DNA of 64,000 nucleotides from Batkoa obscura (Eukaryota), in assembly GCA_030770535.1 (NCBI GenBank), contig JASVEC010000022.1:558001-622000 (forward strand). Direction: 5' to 3'. Numbering within the stretch: the first letter of the stretch is position 1; every line of letters begins with the position of its first letter. A program made the position numbers and the translations under genes. Below are positions 17,701 to 27,803 of the stretch, piece after piece. Under the pieces are notes generated by a model. The model worked only from the letters and a program-made list of their open reading frames with translations. It was not told the origin of the DNA and did not search any database.

Positions 17701-18390
17701 AATTATGGAGGCTGGCCCAAACCTAATGGGAATGGGAACAACGATTTTGGCAGGCACGGCGAATGGAGCGATAATAAAAAGACAGACATCTCCCAAAAAG
17801 GTAGTTGGGCACCTGCCCCTTCAATTAAGCACGTTGTTGATAATACTTGGAAAAAGGAACCAGATAACTTCAACCCAAATGCTAAACAAAGCAGGGAAGA
17901 ATGGGATCGCTCAAAACCATTAAATAATAATCAACATAGCTCTGAATGGAATCAAAAACAATCAGATTCTTATAATTCTTCAGACAATTATAAGAATGAA
18001 AATTATGGGCATCATGAATCTGAGCATAGATCAGATAGCTCATGGCATCCAGAACCTTTAAAATCAGTATCAAGTCGTGGATATGATGGAGAGAAAGCAG
18101 ACCATCAAGAATCATTAAGAAACATATTAAATAATGAGTCACCTCCAAAATCAAAAGAAGAGGATAAAAGCCCAAGCAACGAGTTAGTTGATCGTACTTC
18201 TACTCTAACCCAAAAGAGTATCCAAAACAAAAATGTAGATACAAATAATGAACTTGATAAATTAGTTCAAGGCTTGGAAAACACTCACATTGATGGGGCT
18301 AATAAAAATAGTGAGGCAAAGGCCGAGGATGTGCCAATTGGACAGGGGCCACCACCACATATTAAAAGTTCATATAATAACGGGTGGTAG
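14733..18390 (+). CDS. DEAD-box RNA helicase, Ded1/DDX3/Vasa family, with long disordered N- and C-terminal extensions (12 introns, ~1030 aa)
   Basis: NTGINF, Q motif [40 protein letters not shown]; last exon (17514-18390) is open and ends NNGW*. Confidence 0.93.
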
Positions 18391-19276
18391 GAATATTACC
18401 TGTTTTCACTTCCAAAATTAATACGGGAGTACCTCTTTTTGGACTTATCCTTTTTCCTACCTTTTAGCAACTTAAAAGTTGAAAAATCGTTAGCTAAATC
18501 TTTAAACAAAAAGACGAACTCAAATCAACTCCTTTTAAAATTTTATTAGCAATAAAAAATGCTTTATGCTTTTGATGTCACCTATTTGGATGGCTTTCAT
18601 TTTATTGTTTATATTATCAAAGTTTATTATTTTGAATATTTTTATAATGTTATTATCATGAAATCGTTAATTCGAATTTTTCCTTTAATATTGTTTAGAC
18701 AATATAGTTTATGAAAAAAATTTTAAATTTAATTTCAAAGTTTACTTATACTATATCTCTAAAAAATTTGAAATGATAAAAAATAAACCTTCAAGTTATT
18801 AAAAGTATCCTAAAGTTGTTCCAACTCTTTTTCAAAATTCTCAATAATTTATTTAAGAGTAAATCTAAGCCTTGATCCTGCTAAAATATAAGGATTAGGC
18901 TTTGAAAAAATCTGTTAGACAAATAAGTTAACTGCAAAAACTTCCACTAACTATTTCGCAAAAGAGCTAGAACAGTTGTATAGCTGCTATATTTCGTGAT
19001 TTATGATTGTTACATTTGTTGTGCCTGACACGTATTTAGAGCTTACTAATAAGTTAAAACAAATTATAAACTTAGGAGGATTAAATATAATAAGTTCGTA
19101 AGCATTTATTATCGTTTGGTTATTTTATATCTCAAAACCTTAATACATTGAGGAATCCCCAAGAACAGTATGATCTTTAAATAAACAGACATCCTTTAAT
19201 CGTCCTAACTTGTCCGTTGCCTTTTATTTTTAATAATTAAATACGGTTTGAAACTCTGAAGTATAGTAACCCATAT

Positions 19277-19374
19277 GAGGATGGTTTTTTTGGTTTCATT
19301 ACTTTTTACATTTTTAAGCGCTATTTGAGCGGAAAGATTGTTAGTAAAATTCTTGAACAAAAAAATACATACTC
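19277..19374. mobile_element. MITE family copy, TSD ATAT
   Basis: Consensus match, ATAT on both flanks. Confidence 0.9.
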
Positions 19375-19464
19375 ATATCATTGAGCCAAAAAGTTAATAA
19401 TATTGTTATTTATAAATTAAAATAAACAAACTTGAATTAAACTATTTTTTATTTAATGAATAAA

Positions 19465-20157
19465 TTAGTAGTATGGAGTAGCATTATTATGTCCATTGAA
19501 GTTAGTACCAGCACCAATGACACCAAGTCCACTAGATGAACCATAGTTATTAGAAGTGCCAATAGAGCCAGCACTGTTAGCAAGGATAGCAACATTGTTA
19601 CCAGCATTGGTACCCGGATAAGGACCAAGAGATTGACCATAACTAGTACCTGAAGCAGCAACACCTGATGAGTTAATAGCATTACCTTGAGAAGCTTGGA
19701 AATTAGTAGAAGCACCAAAACCAGCGGTACCTGAAGTGACACCAGATGTAGATCCAGAACCATAAGAAGCAGCATTACCACCATTAGCATTGTTACTTCC
19801 AGTACCAAAACTAGAGCCTACATTAACAAATCCATTATCTCCAGTAGCTCCTGAAATGGCATTATTACCAGATGAAAACGCATTGCTGTATGGGTTAGCA
19901 GTACCTCCAACTACATTGGAACTAGCACCAAAGGAAGAATTTGACCCTGATGCAACACCAGCTGAATTACCGAAACTGGTACTAGTACCACTTCCTGCTG
20001 CTGAACCAAAAGTGGAATAAATGGAGGCACTTCCTCCATTAGTAATACCACCAATAGCACCTGAACCACTAACTTGAGATACAGAGTTATCTGGAACTGG
20101 GACAGCAAAGACGGAAGTCAAAGCTAAGACAATCATGAAAGGAATAGATTTAACCAT
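19465..20157 (-). CDS. Secreted Gly/Ser/Asn/Ala-rich low-complexity protein (230 aa, intronless)
   Basis: Signal peptide MVKSIPFMIVLALTSVFA/VPVP, strongly biased codon usage (GGT, GCT, TCT), TATA box upstream. Confidence 0.88.
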   Translation of the reverse strand: MVKSIPFMIVLALTSVFAVPVPDNSVSQVSGSGAIGGITNGGSASIYSTFGSAAGSGTSTSFGNSAGVASGSNSSFGASSNVVGGTANPYSNAFSSGNNAISGATGDNGFVNVGSSFGTGSNNANGGNAASYGSGSTSGVTSGTAGFGASTNFQASQGNAINSSGVAASGTSYGQSLGPYPGTNAGNNVAILANSAGSIGTSNNYGSSSGLGVIGAGTNFNGHNNATPYY

Positions 20158-20245
20158 TTTATGAATTAGAGAGATATTAATGAATATAAATTAAAGAGAT
20201 AATAGATTTGTTTGATGATAATCTTAAATGCTGCTTCTTCGTTCA

Positions 20246-20253
20246 TTTATATA
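20246..20253 (-). promoter_or_regulatory. TATA box (TATATAAA) about 90 bp upstream of the secreted-protein ATG
   Basis: Motif and position; the AT-rich background lowers specificity. Confidence 0.4.
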
Positions 20254-21403
20254 GCATTTTTTTCTCAACCCTGTAAGTTTATAGTTTGCTCTAGATGGGA
20301 CTTAATGTCAAAAATAAGCTTCAATATTTCTGTGTATTAGGTGTCATAAGGGAATATACTCCTAATGTTTTATTTGAATCCATTTTATTTTACTCCTTAT
20401 TTCCCTGAACTTTTAATGTATTGAATTCCTAAATTTAATCCATTTAACTAAACCTAGTGTTTTATAATATGTATTTTAACCCATCTTTGAAGGCAAAACT
20501 TTCCGTTTGGTTTTTGGGTGCATAAAGTTTAATTTTTTAATAAGTTAAAAATAAATTAAACTTAATAATATTAAAAAAAGGGTATATTTACTATTTGGTT
20601 AGAATAGGTTGCAGTTAGATGTCTTTTGCTGTTTCTAATTTGTATTTGACATCTTATATAGTTTATATTTTATTATAATTAAATACTTTAACAAGTTTAA
20701 CGATTTTTGGATACAATTAGTTTAAAATTTCGCTATTTTATTAACTATTTCTGTAAATTGGTAGTGTTAGTTCAACTTGTTTAACTATACTTAATTTAAA
20801 ATTTAAGAGTTGACTAATAATGTTTAAATTTCAAGCTTAAAAAATGAAAATAATTGAAAAAAATAACCTAGTATAAATTATATTGAATAAATTAAGGTCT
20901 ATAAAGCATTGTATAATTTTTTGATACAAGTATGAAAAGAAAGAAAGATTACTTATACTTATTGTTTTCTTATTCTATAAAAATTAATACCAAAAATACT
21001 TTTCAAATAAATAAATCTATTATTTTAATAACTTCTTATTTCATTGTCAATTATATCTATATCAAACTAAGTTGATCTTAAAATTCACTTTAATTCACAA
21101 TAAAAGCATTACCCTAGGTAGTTTGTATTTAAGATGGTTACGAAAAGTCGAGTACAATATTAAAACTACAAATAATGTTTTTTAAATTTTATTCAATAGA
21201 AAATATTTTAGTAGTGTTTTGTATCTATAAAGTAATTTTATAAACATAAAGTTAAAAGTTGAATTGGAATATCAGATAATTTTTTATAGCTCTTGAGTTG
21301 GATTTAGTGTTGTAAATGTAAGATGATAGAATAGGGAATCAAAGTTTTTTTTAATATACATTTTTTATATTTCATTACTATTATTTGATTAACTTTTATA
21401 AAG

Positions 21404-21830
21404 TGTGAAAGTTGGTACTCAGTGGTAGGAGTTAAAAGCAGTCCTTGGTTGATTAACTTCCCTTGAGTCGAACGGTCTTAGTTTATATAACTAAGATAGA
21501 CTTAAATGAATAAGAATAATACGTAATAACTTACGAACTATGTAAAACAAATAGAATAGAAAATACTACTGTAAAATCTACGTAAGATATTGTCAGAAAG
21601 ACTTAGTGACTTTATTAATAGTACGATATCAGGGAGTAATTCAGTTAAAAAGCCTCGAGTTATCATGTTGAAGAATCTCTTTTATACTCTTTGCAGTGTG
21701 AAGTTATAAATTCTCGCAGCAAATCAAAATAAGGGACTCTGACTTGGTTGCGTTTGAACTTGAGAACACAGCACTTTAAGTGATTGTTATGTTATAATCA
21801 ATCTGAGAGCTAATAAACCAATATTTCACA
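21404..21830 (-). mobile_element. Solo-LTR-like element (427 bp), TGTGAAA...TTTCACA ends, TSD AAAG
   Basis: 7-bp inverted termini with TG...CA, AAAG duplicated at 21400-21403 and 21831-21834, TATAAAA then AATAAA on the minus strand, second copy at 61132-61596. Confidence 0.85.
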
Positions 21831-21912
21831 AAAGCTTTTAATTGTAAAAAAATTGAACTTTGGATTTAAATTTATTCATTTAAAAAAAATTTAAAAAAAT
21901 TAAAGTAATAAT

Positions 21913-22010
21913 GGGGGTGTTTCTTTGGTTTCATTATTTTTTCCATTTTTTAAGCGCTATTTGAGCGGAAAGATTGTTAGTAAAATTCTTAAACACAAAA
22001 ATACATCCCC
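21913..22010. mobile_element. MITE family copy
   Basis: Consensus match; 4-bp TSD not intact (TAAT/AATA). Confidence 0.9.
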
Positions 22011-22202
22011 AATATTTAAATAACAAAATTAAGTAATGTATTTATGGTGTTATAAATAGTAATATAAGTACTACCTAAAAATCAATATCATTATACAAAA
22101 TTAGTTTAACCTATTAATAAATGTTTAAATATTTTATTAATTCAATAGTTTAAAAGTAATATATTACATGCTGACATACCAAATACTTTTTTAAATCAAT
22201 AT

Positions 22203-22299
22203 GAGGATGTTTTTTTTGGTTTCATCACTTTTCCATTTTTTAAGCACATTTGAGTGGAAAGATTGTTAGTAAAATTCTTAAACAAAAAAATACATCCCC
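22203..22299. mobile_element. MITE family copy, TSD ATAT
   Basis: Consensus match, ATAT on both flanks. Confidence 0.9.
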
Positions 22300-22355
22300 A
22301 TATAATTTTTTGATCTAGTTTGTCATAGTATTTAACATTAATCAAAAGTTATTTT

Positions 22356-22363
22356 TATTATTA

Positions 22364-22401
<38 letters not shown>

Positions 22402-22402
22402 T
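22356..22402. repeat. (ATT)n microsatellite
   Basis: Read directly. Confidence 0.85.
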
Positions 22403-22409
22403 TTATTTT

Positions 22410-22990
22410 TATTTTTATTCAATAGTATTATTATTCCAATCTTAAAATCAAGCTATATACTTTTACAACAAATATAGTTTGAGTAACAATTAATCAACGG
22501 GTAGTTTGTATTCGGTACATTCATATCGACTCATATTTATTTAATCGCCTGATTATAAATAATAAAAGATAACAAAACAATAAAAAAAAGATTAAAATTT
22601 TTATTTGCGTATTCTATTATTTATTAATAGCATTTTAATTAAAAATTGAATTCAAATTACAAACATTTTAAACTAATATAGTTCGAATAATAAAATAACA
22701 ACTGATAGTTCATATTCAAATACATTCATCATCGAGTTGTATTTTTATTGTCGGGGTGATTGTTAATAAAAAAACATATAAAGAATATCCAAATTTTTAT
22801 TATATTTATTACTTATCAAATAGCATTTTTATTTCAATTTCAAGGTCAAAAAACTATAAACATTTTCAACAAATATAGTCTGAATAAGAGTTAATAAACT
22901 GATTGTTGGTATTCGGTATATTCATGTAGAATACATTAATTAATGAGTCACATTCAATATAAAACAATTGATAGTAAATACTCAAGAAGT
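22410..22990. repeat. Three degenerate ~200-bp tandem units
   Basis: Core ...AACAAATATAGT.TGA.TAA...GTATTCGGTA.ATTCAT recurs at ~22453, ~22657 and ~22854. Confidence 0.7.
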
Positions 22991-23969
22991 TAACAAAAGG
23001 ATAACAAAACATGAGTTCTATATAACAATATAAAAAAATTTAAAGTACTGTTTTAGTCAATAGGAATTTTAAATTTAGTAACTGAATAGAAGATAAGTGA
23101 ATAACTTGCAACTGGATTACTAAATTAAGGATATTGCAATCATATTTTAAATGAATAAAACTTCATTAAAAAACATTTCAAGTGGTTTGTACCGAGCTTT
23201 GAAATAGGATGGGGTGGTGGGGTAAAAATGAAAGTTCATGCTTTTTATATTAAGCTTGTATTTTTGGATGGAATTTTCAATGGAAAGAAAATAAGACATA
23301 GTCAATATTTGTATTAGTAAATAAATTAAACTAAAAATTAATTAAGACAAAAAAAACTATTAATAATTCATGTAATAATTTATTTATAAATAAATTTTAA
23401 TTACTATTCGCAGTAAGAATAAAAGAATAAAAGAATAAAGAGTAGCTAATAAAGAATAAATTATTACTTTCTAATAATAATTGTCCATTTTCAAGAACAA
23501 AAAAATATTAAATAGCGTCATCTTTAATGGAAAAGAGCCAATGTTACTCATGATCTTATGCAGATTTGGTTTTTTAGCCCTGAAAATTCAACCACACTGT
23601 TTAAGTTATTTTCCATAAGTTCATATGTTTTTTTATCACTTAGTTTTAAACCAATCAGTTTTTAAATTCTAGATTGTACTTCAGGTTTGTAGAATGTCTA
23701 ATTTAATTTGTGTGGATCTTATTGGAAGTTTTTATTTATAAGTTCTAATCAGTATTTCAAATTTTAAACTAAAAAAAGTCCCTGTTTAAAAAAGCGTTAG
23801 AAATTAAAAAAGTAAACAGGGTGCAGATTAGAGTCAATTAACTTATTAAAATAATCTAACTTTTTTTAAAATTGCTTTTTTAATCGTTTTTTTAATTTTA
23901 TTTTAAAAATCAACTCTTTCAATATTCAATTAAATTGACTTTAAAAACAATCGATATACGTATTTAACA

Positions 23970-25127
23970 ATGACAATCCTTGGTACAATTAGACATAATT
24001 CTGCATTTGAAATTCAACTACCTGAAAATGAGGTTTTGTTTTATGGTCCAGCAAGTGAATGTAGTGGTAAAATATTACAAGGAACATTAATGGTAACTGC
24101 AAATGATAGTTTTAAAGTGCGTTCCATTAGTTTACATTTCATTGGTCGTGCACAGGTCCATTGGACAACAGGAGCCGGTACCCTTCAGAGGGTGTGCTCA
24201 GAAAACCGAATTTTAATAGAAAAACGATGGACTTTTTTACAATCTCAAAAAAAATATCATACTTTAACACCAGGTCATTATTTTTATGATTTTGAAATTA
24301 CCTTACCAGGTGATTTACCAGCTAGTTTAATCACTGATTATGCTTCTATTGAATATAAATTTAAAGCTATATTAGAAAGACCAACTTTTTCTTTAAATTA
24401 TACCTCTCGTCAATATCTCACTATTAAAAGGGCATTATTACCATCTGCACCAGTATTAACCGAATTAATTTATTTATCCGATACATGGAATAATAAATTA
24501 CATTATGAAGTTTATTCCCCCAATAAAGCGTATGGATTAGCAGAAATCATACCCTTACAATTTAAATTATTAGCATTAGAAGAAGGGTTAAAAGTACAAA
24601 CGATTACTTGTTTATTAAAAGAGTATATCACTGTATGGGCACGTGGAGAAGATGGTAATTTAGCAAGTAAATGTGATGGACGAGTTCAAGCAAGAAGTAG
24701 TAAAACATTACATTCACAAGATAGTGCTATTGAAACTGTAATTAACATTCAAATTCCATCAATTGAAGATGAAAATTGTCATGCTTTTATGGAATATGAA
24801 TTAATTAAAGTGGAGCACAAAATCAAAGTATTATTAGTTTTATCGGATTCTCAAGATCGATTACATCGTATTTTAGCTAAAGTTGGGGTTGTTGTACTTT
24901 CTATTAAAAGGCAAGACACCTTAAATGCATTACCATTATATCAAAGTTTACCACAAGAAGAAGTGATTCCTATTATTGGTAATGGTTTTACTTCAAATAC
25001 TTTGGATGGTATGGAAGAAGATGAACCTCATTTACCTTCATATAAAACTCAATGGTGTCCATTACCTACTTTACCTTCTACTTCTTCACTACCTGGATAT
25101 AATAATTCACCTGCGTTGAATATTTAG
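23970..25127 (+). CDS. Alpha-arrestin (ART-family ubiquitin-ligase adaptor), intronless, 385 aa
   Basis: Arrestin N-domain (YDFEITLPGDLPASL...IEYKFKA), arrestin C-domain (IKVEHKIKV), C-terminal PY-like motifs LPLY/LPSY/LPGY. Confidence 0.92.
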   Translation: MTILGTIRHNSAFEIQLPENEVLFYGPASECSGKILQGTLMVTANDSFKVRSISLHFIGRAQVHWTTGAGTLQRVCSENRILIEKRWTFLQSQKKYHTLTPGHYFYDFEITLPGDLPASLITDYASIEYKFKAILERPTFSLNYTSRQYLTIKRALLPSAPVLTELIYLSDTWNNKLHYEVYSPNKAYGLAEIIPLQFKLLALEEGLKVQTITCLLKEYITVWARGEDGNLASKCDGRVQARSSKTLHSQDSAIETVINIQIPSIEDENCHAFMEYELIKVEHKIKVLLVLSDSQDRLHRILAKVGVVVLSIKRQDTLNALPLYQSLPQEEVIPIIGNGFTSNTLDGMEEDEPHLPSYKTQWCPLPTLPSTSSLPGYNNSPALNI

Positions 25128-25449
25128 ACCCTTGAGTGAAAATAAGTTAGAACTCAAATTCTCCCCTCTTATATTATTTTAAATAATTTTTTCCTTAGTT
25201 TTTTTACCTCCTTTGTTCTCTTTTTCCTTTATTTACAAATTAGAAAGTATTAGTATTGCATAATAAAATGTATATTTAAATTTAATGTCTATGTTTATTT
25301 GTTTAGATTTGTATTCAGTTTACTATTATATAATATTCATATAGTATTTGGTTTTTATTATTATAATAAATTTTTGTTATTTTGAGTTTTATTAGTAAAC
25401 CACTCTAATTTACTTATTTTAAAATTCTATTTAGACCAAGTTAACCAAA

Positions 25450-25456
25450 CCAATCA
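25450..25456 (+). promoter_or_regulatory. CCAAT box upstream of PET127
   Basis: CCAATCA 85 bp before the ATG; the same sense-oriented motif lies upstream of VPS35, hexokinase and PRE5. Confidence 0.4.
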
Positions 25457-25534
25457 AAACAATAGTTTCAAATTCCGTTTTTTAGCATCAACAAAGAAAT
25501 CGAAATCTATCGATTTTATTATATATTTGTAAGG

Positions 25535-27489
25535 ATGAAATTTTATACTAATGTATTAAAAACATCATCGTCCATTGTAAAAAGCGTATCAATCAAAAGA
25601 TTCCACAATGTACGAGTATTTCAACAAGAACAACAACAAGAAGATAGTTTAATTGATGTGATGAGAAAACAATTAGATATACAAGAAGAGGATTTACTGG
25701 AGGAGACAAAAAAGAATAAAAAGAAAAAGAAAAAGAAAAACGATATGGAAGGTATTCAATTTTCGAAAATGAATTCAAGGAATTTTAAATTAAAATGTAA
25801 GTATATTGTTAATTAATTAATTTTTGATTAAATTTATCTTTTATTTTTTTCGTTATAAATAGCAATGAAACAAAATGCTATTAAAGACTTACCACGATTA
25901 AAATTTGGCTTAGATAGAGCTTTATTTAAGTAAGTTTATTAGTCTTTATTTTCATAACTATTATTAATTAATTTCTGTTATCAGTCCTGGTGTTACTTAT
26001 TTACAAGATCCCAATAGTAAAGTATATAATTTTGATCCATATTTAGAGTCTATTCTTGACATTGATGAGTTTAATTTTGATAAAATACAAGGTTATATAC
26101 CTGCTGGTGAGGATGAGGTAAATTTATTATAAAAAAATAATTTTATACAAATTCGATTTTAATTAATATATATTTTTAGTTATTACAACAAATAGCTGCT
26201 AAAAATGATAAAAAATACATAGCGACCACATCTTCAATCACTAGATTATTATGCCATATCTCATTTGTTATTACTAATTGGAGAACTATTGATACTTCCA
26301 CATTAGGATCTGAGTTTTCAAAAATGGTAAGTCAATTAAATTTTATTGAATTAGTTAATTAATAATAATTCAAAAAAGACAAAACGATATTCACGTACAT
26401 TAACATGTCCATGTTCTATTGTCTTAGAACCCCATGAAAATGGAGTATATTCTATCAACAGTGATAAAAGTATGGAGAATGGAGATAGTGTATTAAGCAA
26501 ATTAGGGCAATTAATGGAACGTATGTTAACCCAAGAACCGTCAGTATTTTCTAAATATTCACAATCCTCCAATTCATCTGTGGAAGAAATTGAAAAGAAT
26601 TCAATCTATAATTATTCATTTTATGATAAATTTGCGTTGAGATCTCAATTAGATTGTATTCATCCTTGGCTACCAAAAAAAGTATTTGATTTAAAAACAA
26701 GAGCTGCATTGCCAATTCGATTAGATAAAGAAAATTATAAAGATTATTTAGGTTATCAAATTAAATATTTAAATGGTAAAATGCAATCGTTTGAAAGAGA
26801 ATATTATGATTTAATGAGATCTGCTTTTATGAAGTATAAGTAAGTCTATATAATTATAATAATAAAATAACATATTTATTTATTACTTTTATTTTAGTTA
26901 TCAAGTACGTATAGGTAATATGGATGGGTGTATGGTAGCATATCATAATACATCTCAGATCTTTGGATTTCAATATATAAGTTTAAAAGAAATGGATGAA
27001 AAATTGTTTGGAAATAGTATATTAGCAGATCAAACATTTGGTAATTCAGTCCAATTATTACAACAAATATTAGATCGTATTACTTTTGATTATCCTAACA
27101 AAAAATTAATAGTTACATTAAAATCATTACAAGATTCTTTAATATTAGATATCTTTGTAAATGTAATTGAAAATGAAACTTTTAATCCTCATCCAGATAA
27201 TTTAGTTATTAAGTATCAATTAATCTGTTATTCGGAAGTTAATGGAGAAAAAGTAATTACTCCTATTGAATTAAATGATAAAAAGATAAAATGGGATATT
27301 CATTATGTTTTAAGAAAAGTAGAAGATAATCCATTAAATTTATATAATGATTATGTTAAATTAAGATTATTAATTGCTAATTTTTTTACGGGAGATTTAA
27401 GAAGTTTACCTTGGTTAAAACAATTAAGGAATTTAGTTTTAAAAAAGGATTTGGCTAAAGATAAGAGTAAAGTGCGAGTGTTTAGATAA
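25535..27489 (+). CDS. PET127: Mitochondrial RNA-processing exoribonuclease Pet127 (5 introns)
   Basis: GLDRALF.PGV..LQDP.S.VYNFDP, RSQLDC, VFDLKTRA, SFEREYYDLMRSAF, QVRIGNMDG..VAYHN...IFGFQY. Confidence 0.93.
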
Positions 27490-27803
27490 AAAAATCAAGT
27501 TGAGGTTTATTTAATTAGGTGAAAAGTAAAGATTACTAATAGATTATATGAGATTAAAATTATTATTAATTGTTTAATAAAGAATAAAAATTATAGAATA
27601 TAAAAATTAATTTAAATTAGAGATTTTAAAAAATTTTAATCTTCAATATTTAATACTTATTTTATAAAATATTCAAAAATTTAATTTTTAATAAGACAGA
27701 GAAAGAATCAATTGCAAGAAAACACACTATTAAAAAACATTTGTAACATAAAAAACAATTCAACTTCAATATTAATCATCTAACTAAATTCCTATTATTC
27801 TTA

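Noticed and set aside
17060..17923. Track ORF C-terminus ([10 protein letters not shown]...IAQNH) as the helicase end
   Set aside because: It reads through intron 17464-17513; splicing shifts to the frame that is open to 18390.
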